From the NCBI GenBank assembly GCA_026004015.1, contig BPIH01000001.1, positions 95,236 through 159,235 of the forward strand: a DNA stretch of 64,000 nt. The letters are read 5' to 3'. Below, piece by piece: positions 10,819 through 20,693 of this stretch. The notes beneath the pieces were generated by a model, which was given only the letters and a program-made list of their open reading frames with translations, made no database searches and was not told where the DNA came from. The DNA is from Chloroflexota bacterium. GTDB lineage: Bacteria > Chloroflexota > Limnocylindria > Limnocylindrales > CSP1-4. Both the position numbers and the translations under genes were made by a program. Each line of letters starts with the position of its first letter. Positions within the stretch are counted from its first letter, which is position 1.

Positions 10819-12155
10819 CCCCGACGGTAGCCCGGCGGCGGGAGACCGTGATCGGGGATCCGACGGTGGACGGCCAGTCGGTGTCGGCCGCCTGGCGGGA
10901 GCGCGCGCTCGCCCGCTTCCCGGGCGGGGTGAACAGCCCGGTCCGTGCCTACCGGGCCGTGGACGGCGAGCCGCTGATCATCGTCCGGGGCGAGGGCCCC
11001 CTCGTCTGGGACGCCGACGGGACCGAGTACGTCGACTACGTCGGCGCCTTCGGGCCCCTCATCTGTGGCCACGCCCACCCGGCGGTCGTGGTGGCCGTCG
11101 AGGCGGCGGCCCGCGACGGCGGTCCCTTCGGGGCGACGACGCCCCGCGAGGTCGAGCTCGCCGAGCGGATCGCGGCCGCCATGCCGGTCATCGAGCGGCT
11201 CCGCTTCGTCTCCTCGGGAACGGAGGCGACGATGAGCGTCCTCCGGCTCGCCCGGGCGGCGACCGGCCGCGACCTCGTCCTGAAGTTCGAGGGCGGCTAC
11301 CACGGCCACGTCGACGGGCTCCTCGTCGAGGCCGGCTCCGGCCTGGCGACCCTCGGCCTCCCGGCCAGCGCCGGCGTCACCGTCGCCCAGGCCGTCGAGA
11401 CCATCGTCGTCCCCTACAACGACCTGGCGGCCGTGGAGCGGGCCTTCGACGACCATCGGGGACGGATCGCGGCCGTCATCGTCGAGCCCGTGGCGGCGAA
11501 CGTCGGCGTCATCCCCCCGGCCCCGGGTTTCCTCGAGGGGCTGCGGCGGGTGACCCGGGCCGACGGCGCCCTCCTCGTCTTCGACGAGGTCATCACCGGC
11601 TTCCGGATCGCCCGGGGCGGAGCCGTCGAGCGGTTCGGGGTCGAACCGGACCTCGTCACCCTCGGTAAGGTCATCGGCGGCGGGCTACCGATCGGGGCCT
11701 ACGGCGGGCGGGCCGAGCTCCTCGATCTCGTCGCCCCGGTCGGCCCGGTCTACCAGGCGGGGACCCTCGCCGGCCACCCGCTCGCCATGGCGGCCGGGAT
11801 CGCGACCCTCGACCTCCTCATGCCGGCCGCGTACCGGGAGCTCGAACGGACGGCGGCGGCCCTGGAAGCCGGTCTCCGGGCGGCGGCGGCGGAGGCGGGG
11901 GTCGGGGTCGCCGTCAACCGGGTCGGCTCGCTGCTGACGGTCTTCTTCCGGGCTCGGCCACCGGCCGATGCGACCGGGGCGAAGGCGAGCGACACGGCCG
12001 CCTTCGCCCGCTTCCACCGGGCGATGCGGGCGGCGGGGATCCTCGTCCCACCGTCGCAGTTCGAGGCCTGGTTCGTCTCCCTCGCCCACACCGACACGGA
12101 GATCGCCCGGACCGTGGCCGCCGCCCGGGAGGCGTTGCGCGCATGTCGGGGCTGA
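10815..12155 (+). CDS. hemL: Glutamate-1-semialdehyde 2,1-aminomutase
   Basis: 'PGGVNSPVRA', 'SSGTEATM', 'FDEVITGFR', 'GKVIGGGLP', 'YQAGTL'. Confidence 0.97.
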   Translation: MTPTVARRRETVIGDPTVDGQSVSAAWRERALARFPGGVNSPVRAYRAVDGEPLIIVRGEGPLVWDADGTEYVDYVGAFGPLICGHAHPAVVVAVEAAARDGGPFGATTPREVELAERIAAAMPVIERLRFVSSGTEATMSVLRLARAATGRDLVLKFEGGYHGHVDGLLVEAGSGLATLGLPASAGVTVAQAVETIVVPYNDLAAVERAFDDHRGRIAAVIVEPVAANVGVIPPAPGFLEGLRRVTRADGALLVFDEVITGFRIARGGAVERFGVEPDLVTLGKVIGGGLPIGAYGGRAELLDLVAPVGPVYQAGTLAGHPLAMAAGIATLDLLMPAAYRELERTAAALEAGLRAAAAEAGVGVAVNRVGSLLTVFFRARPPADATGAKASDTAAFARFHRAMRAAGILVPPSQFEAWFVSLAHTDTEIARTVAAAREALRACRG

Positions 12156-13258
12156 GCGGGGCGACGGCGCTGCCCGGGCAGAGCCCGATTGGGTCCGCGG
12201 CCGCTCGCTACCTCCGGGCCTGTCGGCGCCTGCCCGTCGACACGACCCCGGTCTGGTTCATGCGCCAGGCCGGGCGGGCGCTGCCCGAGTATCGAGCCAT
12301 GCGGCACCGGGTCTCCCTCGAGGCCGCCATCGCCGATCCGGCCCTGGCGGCCGAGATCACCCTCCTGCCGGTGACCCGCCTCGGCGTCGACGCCGCCATC
12401 GTCTTCGCCGACATCACGACCCCCCTCCCCGGGCTCGGGATCCGAGTCCAGCTCGTCGACGGGGTCGGCCCCGTCGTCGAGGCCCCCGTCCGATCGGCCG
12501 CCGACCTCGATCGCCTGGCCCCGGCCATCGATCCCGGCGCCTTCGAGCCGACGGCGGCCGCCGTTCGCCTCGTCCGCGACGCGAGCCCGGTCCCGGTCAT
12601 CGGCTTCGCCGGGGCGCCCTTCACCCTCGCCTGCTACCTCGTCGAGGGTGCCGGAGCGCGGACCGAGTTCCCGAACCTGCGCCGGCTCATGCGCCGGGAG
12701 CCGGCGACGGTCGAGCGACTCCTCGATCGCCTCGCCGACCTGGCGGTCGGTGCCCTGCGGGCGCAGGTGGAGGCGGGAGCGGCGGCAGTCCAGCTCTTCG
12801 ATTCCTGGGTCGGCGGCCTCTCGCCGGCCGATTACCGGCGCTTCGTCCGACCGCCGATGCGGCGTCTTCTCGACGGCCTCGGCGATCTCGGGGTGCCGGT
12901 CACGGTCTTCGGGATCGGGACGGCCGGGCTCCTCGGCGAGATCGCGGCGACCGGCGGCGACGTCATCGGTCTCGACTGGCGGGTCGACCTGGGCGACGGC
13001 TGGCAGCGAGTCGGCGAGGGCAGAGCCGTCCAGGGCAACCTCGACCCGTGGCTCCTCCTCGGGCCGTGGCCCGAGATCGAGGCCGCGACCCGGGCGATCC
13101 TCGCCGCGGCAGGGGGTCGGCCCGGACACATCTTCAACCTCGGGCACGGCGTCCACCCGGAGACCGACCCCGACGTCCTCCGCCGGCTCGTCGACCTCGT
13201 CCACGAGGCGGGAAGCCGCGGCGCCGAGCCCCCGAACCGCACTCCAAAGCGCACGTGA
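12143..13258 (+). CDS. hemE: Uroporphyrinogen decarboxylase
   Basis: 'PVWFMRQAGR', 'GFAGAPFTLA', 'QLFDSW', 'QGNLDP', 'HIFNLGHG'. Confidence 0.97.
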   Translation: MSGLSGATALPGQSPIGSAAARYLRACRRLPVDTTPVWFMRQAGRALPEYRAMRHRVSLEAAIADPALAAEITLLPVTRLGVDAAIVFADITTPLPGLGIRVQLVDGVGPVVEAPVRSAADLDRLAPAIDPGAFEPTAAAVRLVRDASPVPVIGFAGAPFTLACYLVEGAGARTEFPNLRRLMRREPATVERLLDRLADLAVGALRAQVEAGAAAVQLFDSWVGGLSPADYRRFVRPPMRRLLDGLGDLGVPVTVFGIGTAGLLGEIAATGGDVIGLDWRVDLGDGWQRVGEGRAVQGNLDPWLLLGPWPEIEAATRAILAAAGGRPGHIFNLGHGVHPETDPDVLRRLVDLVHEAGSRGAEPPNRTPKRT

Positions 13259-13269
13259 GAGGTACGCCG

Positions 13270-14379
13270 ATGTCCGATCTCGCCCCGACGAGCCCGACCG
13301 CCTCCCCGGCCCTGCTGCCGTACCGCCACGGCTGCCCGGCCGACGCCGATCCCTTCGCCCCGCGGCTGCCCGGCTCGGACCCGGCCGACGACGGTGGCCA
13401 CGGGGTCGACGGCGGGGTCGGCATCCTCCTCATGGCCTACGGCGGCCCGGCCTCCCTCGACGAGGTCCCGGCCTATTACACCGACATCCGCGGCGGGCGA
13501 CCGCCGAGCCAGGAGCTCCTCGACGAGCTCCTCGAGCGCTACGAGGCCATCGGCGGTCGGTCGCCCCTGGCCGAGGTCACCGAGCGGCAGCGACGGGCCC
13601 TCGAGGGCGAGCTGGCGCGGCGCGGGCTCCCGGTACCCGTCCATGTCGGCTACAAGCACAGCCCACCCTTCGTCGCCGAGACCGTCGGCCGGATGGCGGA
13701 TGAGGGGGTTCGCCGGATCCTCGCCCTCGCCCTCGCCCCGCACTTCTCGACGATGACCGCCTGCTCCTACTGCCAGCGCGTCGACGCGGCACGCCGGACG
13801 CTCCAGGAGCGGGACGGTGGGCCGGCCGTCCGCTACGCCATGGTCGCCGACTGGCACGCCGAGCCGGCCTTCATCGAGGCCCTGGCCGACGTCACCCGGA
13901 CCGCCCTCGCCACCCTTTCCGGCGATGGCCGGCCGTGGGTCGTCTTCTCGGCCCACAGCCTGCCCGAGCGGATCGTCGGGCTCGGCGACCCGTACCCGGA
14001 TCTCCTCCGGGAGACCGCTCGCCTCGTCGCCGAGACCCTCGGGCTCTCGGGCTGGAGCTTCGCCTTCCAGAGCGCGGCCCGGACCGGGGACGCCTGGCTC
14101 GGACCGGATCTCTCGACCGAGCTCGAGCGGCTGGCGGCGGCGGGCGTCCGGTCGGTCGTCGTCTCCTCGGTCGGCTTCGTGGCGAGCAACCTGGAGCTCC
14201 TCTACGACATCGACATCGAGGCACGGGCGCGGGCCGCCGAGCTCGGCATGCGCCTCGTCCGGGCGGCCGCCCTCGACGATCATCCGCGCCTCGTCGCCGC
14301 CCTCGCCGACATCGTCGAACGGGCGCTGCGGCGTGGCCGGCGGTCGTCGACCGCCCGGGCGTCCAGCGGGGCGGCCTGA
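13270..14379 (+). CDS. hemH: Ferrochelatase (coproporphyrin ferrochelatase type)
   Basis: 'GILLMAYGGP', 'YYTDIRGGR', 'FSAHSLP', 'FQSA...WLGP', 'ELLYDID'. Confidence 0.93.
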   Translation: MSDLAPTSPTASPALLPYRHGCPADADPFAPRLPGSDPADDGGHGVDGGVGILLMAYGGPASLDEVPAYYTDIRGGRPPSQELLDELLERYEAIGGRSPLAEVTERQRRALEGELARRGLPVPVHVGYKHSPPFVAETVGRMADEGVRRILALALAPHFSTMTACSYCQRVDAARRTLQERDGGPAVRYAMVADWHAEPAFIEALADVTRTALATLSGDGRPWVVFSAHSLPERIVGLGDPYPDLLRETARLVAETLGLSGWSFAFQSAARTGDAWLGPDLSTELERLAAAGVRSVVVSSVGFVASNLELLYDIDIEARARAAELGMRLVRAAALDDHPRLVAALADIVERALRRGRRSSTARASSGAA

Positions 14380-14389
14380 GGGCGAGGTC

Positions 14390-15330
14390 ATGGCGACCGT
14401 CGATCCCGCTGCCCGAGGAGGTGTCGCGCGCCGGGCGCGTCGAGCTCCGGCCCTTCTCCCCGCCCCGCGCTTCGAGGAGCGGCCGATCCTCGTCTACTGG
14501 GAGGTCACCCGAGCCTGTGCCCTCGCTGCCGCCACTGTCGGGCCGAAGCGATCCCGGAGCCGACGCCCGGCGAGCTCGACACGGTCGAGGGGCGGCGCCT
14601 CCTGGAGATGATCGCCAGCTTCGGTCGGCCGCTCCCGCGGGTCGTCCTGACCGGGGGCGACCCCATCGAGCGAGCCGACCTCTTCGAGCTCATGGCCACA
14701 GCCCGGGAGCTCGGCCTGGCCGTCTCGTTGACGCCGAGCGTGACGCCGAACCTGCGGGCGCCGGTGGTGACGCGGCTCGCCGCCGCCGGCATCGACTCCA
14801 TCGCGCTCAGCCTGGACGGCTCGACGGCTGCCCGCCACGACGCCATTCGCGGGATCCCGGGGACCTTCGCGGCGACCCTCGAGGCGGCTCGCTCGGTGCG
14901 CTCGGCGGGTCTCGGGCTCCAGATCAACACCCTCGTCGCCGAGGAGACCGTCGACGATCTGCCGGCCATCGCCCGGCTCGTGGCCGGCCTCGACATCATC
15001 CGTTGGAGCCTCTTCTTCCTCGTTCCCGTCGGCCGGGGACGGCTGCTCCAGGGGCTCGACTCGGCTCGGGCTGAGCGGGTCCTCCGCTGGCTCGTCGACC
15101 TGTCTCGGATGGCACCCTTCGCCGTCACGGCGACGGAGGCGATGCACGTCCGGCGAATCGCCGTCCAGAGGCTGCGGCCGGCGGGTTGGACGGACGAGGC
15201 GATCGCCCGGACCGACCTCGGCCGGGGTTTCCGAATCAACGATGGGCGGGGCGTCGGATCCCCTCTGTCCGTACGAGCCGCCGGCCCGGCGCCGCCGGCG
15301 TCACGCGGCCTGAGCCGACCGGTCGCGTGA
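14390..15330 (+). CDS. Radical SAM protein (NirJ/AhbD-like); frameshift near 14525, apparently lacking the C-terminal SPASM region
   Basis: 'LVYWEVTRACALA|CRHCRAEA' gives CxxxCxxC once a 1-nt deletion is repaired; 'LTGGDP', 'SLDG...HDAIRG', 'QINT'. Similarity stops after 'GFRINDGRG'. Confidence 0.8.
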
Positions 15331-16810
15331 TCGACTCCTCCGTGGGCGGGCAGCCTACCGAGCGCTCCGCTACCGAGCGCGTCGCCGAGCGCTCCGGCCA
15401 TGGCCCGGCCGGTGGTCGCCCGCCGGCCCCCGGGTCGGAGCCGATCGTCGCCATCGTCGGGGCAGGAATCGCCGGCCTCGTCGTCGCCCACCGCCTCGCC
15501 GCCATGGGCGTCCCGACTGCCATCGTCGACGCCGCGCCGCGCCCCGGCGGGCGGATCACCACCCGGCGGCAGGACGGCCTCGTGCTCGAAGCCGGTCCCG
15601 ACGGCTTCCTCGCCGGCCCGGCGGTGCTGGCCCTCTGCCGGGAGCTCGGCCTCGAGGGGGAGCTCGTCGAGCCGCTCCCGCCGGCGGCGACGAGCATCCT
15701 CTGGCGAGGGCGCCTCCACCCGCTGCCACCCGGGACGGCGGCCGGTGTCCCGGTCGCCCTCCGCGGCTTCTGGCCGACGGCGCTTCTGCGGCCCTGGGAG
15801 AAGGCCCGGGTCCTCCTCGATCTCGTCCTTCCGGGGGAAGGCGATGCCCTGGCCCTCGACGACCCCCTCGGCCCGGCCCTCCGTCGTCGTCTCGGGAGGG
15901 CGGTCGTGGAGCGCCTCGTCGAGCCCCTCCTCGGCGGGCTCCACGGTGGCGGTCTCGACGACCTCAGCGGCGGGGCCGTCGCGCCCTGGTTGGTGGACGT
16001 GCTCCGCCGGGGGAGCCTCGTCCGCGGCCTGCGCCGGCGTCACGGCGCTGCACCGATGCGGCTGCTGTCGCTGCACGGCGGGATGGAGCGGCTCGTCGAG
16101 GAGCTGGCCCGCGGCCTCGAGGGGCGAGCGAAGTGGCACCTTGGCCGTGGTGCCGAGGGAGTGGCACGGGGGCCGGAGGGCTGGCGGATCGTCCTCGAGG
16201 ACGGCAGCTCGCTGGAGGCTGCCGGTCTCGTCCTCGCCTGCCCGGCCCCGGCCGCCGGACGGCTCGTCGAGGGGGTCGATGGCGAGCTCGCCCGTCTCCT
16301 CGGGACGATCGCCTACGGGTCGCTCGCCGTCGTCAACCTGGCCTACCGGGAGGCCGACCTCGGCCGAGCCCCGGAGGGCCACGGCTTCCTCGTCCCTCGG
16401 GCGGAGCCCGGTCGGCTTCGAGGCGTGAGCTGGGCGTCCCGGAAGTGGCCGGGGCGGGCGCCCCCGGCGTCGTCCTGGCGCGGGCGTTCCTCGACCTCGA
16501 GCCCGGATCGGAACCCGCGAGCGAGGCCATCGCCGAGGAGGCCGTCGCGGGCCTCGAGCCGATCCTCGCACCGCGGCGGCTGCCCTTCGTGGTCGAGGTT
16601 CACCGCTTCGCCCGCTCGATGCCCCGCTACACCGTCGGTCACCTCGGACGGGTGGCGGCCATCGAGGCCCGGTGGCGCCGGCTGCCGGGGCTCTTCCTCG
16701 TCGGCTCGGCCTATCGCGGCGCCGGCATCGGGGAGCTCGTGGCGGCCGCCGAGGCGGTCGCTCGGGAGGCCGGGGCGGCTCTGGGCGCCGGAATCCGCGC
16801 CGCGACCTAG
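15327..16810 (+). CDS. hemY: Protoporphyrinogen/coproporphyrinogen oxidase (HemY/CgoX); frameshift near 16460
   Basis: 'IVGAGIAGL', 'RPGGRI', 'LEAGPDGF', 'GHGFLVP', 'KWPGRAP', then in the shifted frame 'MPRYTVGH...GSAYRGAGI'. Confidence 0.9.
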
Positions 16811-16898
16811 GCTCGGGCTCGGCTCGAGCTCGGCTCGAACTGCGCTCGAACTCGGCTCGACGTCGGCTCGAGCTCGGCTCGAACCGCGCTCGAACTCG
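16811..16898. repeat. 8 x 11-bp tandem repeat with a 44-bp higher-order period
   Basis: gctcgggctcg gctcgagctcg gctcgaactgc gctcgaactcg | gctcgacgtcg gctcgagctcg gctcgaaccgc gctcgaactcg. Confidence 0.9.
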
Positions 16899-16937
16899 GG
16901 GGTGTCCGGCCGGCGGGACTCGTCTATCCTGTCGGGC

Positions 16938-17928
16938 GTGCCGACGCTCCGCCCACCGGGCCCGCTCCGTCGCTCCAGCCGGCGTCCCGCGCGGGCCGCC
17001 CCGCCGCGGATCCTCGTCATCGGCGATCTCGTCCTCGACGCCGTGCTCGTGCCGTCCCGGCCCCTCGAGCGCGGCACCGACGTCCCCGGTCGGGTCGCCC
17101 TCCGCCAGGGTGGTTCGGCGGCGAACACGGCCCGCTGGCTCGCCCGGCTCGGCGCTCGGACGACCCTCGTGGCGGCCGTCGGGCGGGATCGGATCGGGCG
17201 GGCCCTCGTCGAGACGATCCGGGCCGAAGGCGTCACGCCCCGGGTGGCCCGGATCGCCGGACATCGGAGCGGGCGGATCGGGGTCCTCGTGACGCCCGAC
17301 GGCGAGCGGTCCTTCGTCGCCGATCGGGGCGCGGCCGATCAGCTCGCGCCGTCCCATCTCCGGCCCGCCTGGTTCCGGGGCATCGACCTCCTCCACCTGC
17401 CGGCCTACTCGCTCCTCGGTGAGCCCCTCGGTCTGGCAGGGCGGGCGGCCATCGAGGCGGCTCGGGCCGAGAACGCCCTCGTCAGCCTCGACCTGGCCTC
17501 CATCGCCCCGCTTCTCGCCCGCGGTCGGCGGGCGGCCCGGGCCCTCGTGGCCTGGGTGCGGGCCGACATCCTCTTCGCCACCGAAGCCGAGAGCGAAGCC
17601 CTCCTCGGTCGCTACGCCGTCGACGATCTGCTCGAGTTCGCGCCGCTGGCCATCGTCAAGCGGGGGGCCGAAGGGCGCGACGGTCCTCCTTCGAAGCTCC
17701 GCGGCCGGCTCGGAGCGCTTGAAGTTCGAGGTCGCCACCCGGCCGGTGACGACGGAGGACTCGACGGGCGCCGGCGACGCCTTCGATGCCGGCTTCCTCG
17801 TCGCCTGGCTGGCTGCTCGGGCGGCCGGGCGGCCGGTGGTCTCGTCGCTCCGGAGGGCGGCCGTGGCCGGGCACCGGACGGCGATCCGGCACCTGACGTC
17901 GGCCCGGCCCGAGCTCGTCCTCGGCTGA
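16938..17928 (+). CDS. PfkB-family carbohydrate kinase (possible pseudouridine kinase); frameshift near 17665
   Basis: 'ILVIGDLVLD', 'GGSAANTA', 'VGRDRIG', and 'DSTGAGDAFDAGF' in the shifted frame. Adjacent to psuG. TATCCT -10 lies 7 nt before the GTG. Confidence 0.85.
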
Positions 17929-17947
17929 GCGTGGTTTCGAGCTGATC

Positions 17948-19094
17948 GTGGCCTCACCGTTGGCCGCCCCTTCCCTCGAGGGGGCCGGGATCTCGGCCCG
18001 CCTCCGGCTCGCCGAGGAGGTCGCGGGGGCTCTCGCCGCCGGCCGGCCGGTCGTCGCCCTCGAGTCGACGCTCATCAGCCACGGCCTCCCGTTCCCGGTC
18101 AACCTCGAGGTCGCGGCGGGCGCCGAGGAGGCGGTGCGGGGCGCCGGTGCGACGCCGGCGACGGTCGCCATCCGGGACGGCCAGATCCTCGTCGGCCTCG
18201 GGCGGGACGACCTCGTCGCTCTCGCCTCCTCGCCACCGGGCAGCGTTCGCAAGGCGTCTCGTTCCTCCCTCGCAGGGGCCCTCGCCCGAAAGGGCTGGGC
18301 GGCGACGACGGTCTCGGCGACGATGATCGTGGCTCGGGCGGCGGGAATCGCGGTCTTCGCGACCGGGGGGATCGGCGGGGTCCATCGGGGGGCCTTCGGT
18401 GGGGTCCTCGGCGGTTCCTCGGGGGCGGCCGCGGAGGCGTCTCCCGAGGCGGCCGGTCCCGGACCCGTGTCCGACGTTCGTACCGACCTCGCCGCTCCGG
18501 CATCCACGACCCGACCCGCCGCCGGCCGGCCGCCGAGCCTCGACGTCTCGGTCGACCTCGAGGAGCTGGCGCGGACACCGGTGGCCGTCGTCTGCGCCGG
18601 CCCGAAGGCGATCCTCGACGTCGCCGGGACCGTCGAGTGGCTCGAGGGCCGCGGGGTGCCGGTGCTCGTCATCGGCCAGCGGGAGGTCCCGGGCTTCTGG
18701 TGCCGGACGAGCGGCGTCTCCCGCGCCGGACACCGCCGCCGACGTGGCCGAGGCGGCGAAGGTCGTGGCGACCCACCTCGAGCTCGGCCTCGGCAGCGGA
18801 ATTCTCGTCTGCGTGCCGGTGCCCGAGTCGGCCGCCCTGCCCGACGACCTCGGTCGGGCCGCCGTCGAGCGGGCCGTGGCCGAAGCCGAGGCGGCGGGGA
18901 TCGGCGGCGCGGCGCTGACTCCGTGGCTGCTGGGCCGGATTGCCGAGCTGACCGACGGCGCCTCGCTTCGGGCGAACGCGGCCCTCATCGTCGAGAACGC
19001 CCGGGTGGCGGGCGAGCTGGCGCGCCGGGTGGCGGGCGAGCTCACCGGCCGGGTGACGGGCTCGCCCGTCCGCCGGGTTCCTGGAGGAGGCTGA
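17948..19094 (+). CDS. psuG: Pseudouridine-5'-phosphate glycosidase; frameshift near 18720
   Basis: 'VVALESTLISHGLP', 'ATTVSATM', 'FATGGIGGVHRG', 'DVSVDL', 'CAGPKAILD', then 'LTPWLLGRIAELTDGASLRAN'. Confidence 0.93.
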
Positions 19095-19119
19095 GCACAC
19101 CGAAGCCGGACGTGTGCGC

Positions 19120-19445
19120 GCGACGCCTCCACCGAACGGAACGCCCGCGCCGGCCGACCTCCGGGCCTGGGTGACGCCCACAGCGAGCAGAACGCGGCCC
19201 GCGGCGCGGACCCCGCCACTCGTGACACCCACAGCGAACGGAACGCCCGCGCCGGCCGACCTCCGGGCCGGGGTGACACCCATAGCGAACAGAACCCATC
19301 GATGGCCCGTTGACGGCGCCGACGTGACGCCCACCCCGAACAGAAGGTGTGGAGCCAGCTCGGATGCGATCTTCCTGTTCGCTCAGGGTGGCACTCCGGG
19401 CGACGACCGTCACCGGACCGGCGTTCTGTTCGGTCAAGGTAGCGG
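19120..19445. repeat. 51-bp-period array A: 5 forward + 2 inverted degenerate 23-bp repeats
   Basis: Forward repeats (GTGACRCCCAYAGCGAACRGAAC-like) start at 19120, 19171, 19222, 19273 and 19324. Inverted copies start at 19372 and 19423. Confidence 0.9.
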
Positions 19446-19580
19446 GCAGACCGACGCGGCGGTGGAACAGAGGTCTCGGCCGGTCCGGGCGCTGCGGGTG
19501 TAGACTGCCGCTCCGGTTCCAGCCAGGGTGTCCCGTGGCGGCAGGCCGCACCCGACACCCGACCCACATCCGAGGTTCCA

Positions 19581-20693
19581 GTGACCCTCGCCGAGCTGCC
19601 GGCGGCGATCGAGGCGCGAGGCATCCGGCGCATCTACGCCGCACGCCCGACGCCCGTCGTCGCCCTCGACGGCATCGATCTCGACGTGCCGGCCGGAGAG
19701 TTCTTCGGCCTCCTCGGCCCGAACGGCGCCGGCAAGACGACCCTCATCAAGATCCTGACCACCCTCCTCGGCCCGAGCGAGGGCTGGGCCCGCGTCTTCG
19801 GCTTCGACGTCGTCCGCCAGGCGAAGCAGATCCGACGGATCATGAACATGGTCGCCGGCGGCGAGCAGTCCGGCTACGGGATCCTGACCGTCCGTGAGCA
19901 GCTCTGGATGTTCAGCCAGTTCTACGGCCTCCCCGGCCGCGACGGCTGGCGCCGCGTCGACGAACTCATCGAGCTCGTCGGCCTCGAGGAGCAGCGGAAC
20001 CAGCGGGTGAGCACCCTCTCCACCGGCCAGCGCCAGAAGCTGAACGTCGCTCGGGGCCTCCTCAACGACCCCTGGATCCTCTTCCTCGACGAGCCGACCC
20101 TCGGCCTCGACGTCTCGGCGGCCCGCGCCCTCCGGGCCCTCGTCGTCGAGTGGCAGCGGGCCGTTCCGGGCCGCACGATCCTCCTGACGACCCACTACAT
20201 GGCCGAAGCCGACGAGCTCTGCGACCGGATCGCCATCGTCGATCGCGGCCGGATCCTCGCCATCGGGAGCCCGGCCGAGCTTCGGCGGCTCGTCCGACGG
20301 GAGTCGATCTTCCGCCTCGAAGTCGATCACCTCGACGGCGGCCCGGCCGTCCTCGCGGGCCTGCCCGGTGTCGTCACCGCCACGGCCGCTGCCCGGGACG
20401 ACGGCACCGCGATGCCCGGTGCTGACGCCGACCAGCGAGTCGCCGTCAACCTCGTCCTCGCCGACGACGCGGCCCTGGCCGGTGTCGTCGGCGCCCTCGG
20501 ACAGCTCGGCTCGCGGATCCTCGCCCTCCGCAAGGCCGAGCCGACCCTCGAGGACGTCTTCGTCGAGCTCGTCGGGCGCGGCTTCGACGAGGAGGCCGTC
20601 GACCACCCGCCCGACGAGGTCGAACCCGCCCCGGCCGTCCCCCCGAGCGCCCACGGCCCGGGGGCGCCGGAGGCCCGCGAGGTCGCCCGGTGA
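19581..20693 (+). CDS. ABC transporter ATP-binding protein
   Basis: Walker A 'GPNGAGKTT', signature 'LSTGQRQK', 'LFLDEPT', 'TTHYM'. Confidence 0.95.
   Translation: MTLAELPAAIEARGIRRIYAARPTPVVALDGIDLDVPAGEFFGLLGPNGAGKTTLIKILTTLLGPSEGWARVFGFDVVRQAKQIRRIMNMVAGGEQSGYGILTVREQLWMFSQFYGLPGRDGWRRVDELIELVGLEEQRNQRVSTLSTGQRQKLNVARGLLNDPWILFLDEPTLGLDVSAARALRALVVEWQRAVPGRTILLTTHYMAEADELCDRIAIVDRGRILAIGSPAELRRLVRRESIFRLEVDHLDGGPAVLAGLPGVVTATAAARDDGTAMPGADADQRVAVNLVLADDAALAGVVGALGQLGSRILALRKAEPTLEDVFVELVGRGFDEEAVDHPPDEVEPAPAVPPSAHGPGAPEAREVAR

Noticed and set aside
15186-17945. 919-aa HemY-PfkB fusion ORF, and similar chimeras (2041..4848, 7063..8934, 11968..14379, 35381..37162)
   Set aside because: These arise from frameshifts and stop-poor shadow frames; each real gene has its own start and stop.
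18669-19503. ORFs with 17-aa repeats over the arrays (VTPTANGT..., VLFAMGVT..., VLFGHSDA...)
   Set aside because: 51 bp is a multiple of 3 and GC-rich DNA has few stops. The peptide pattern flips strand at the array centre and there is no clear RBS, so the ORFs are probably by-products of the DNA repeat. Not fully excluded.
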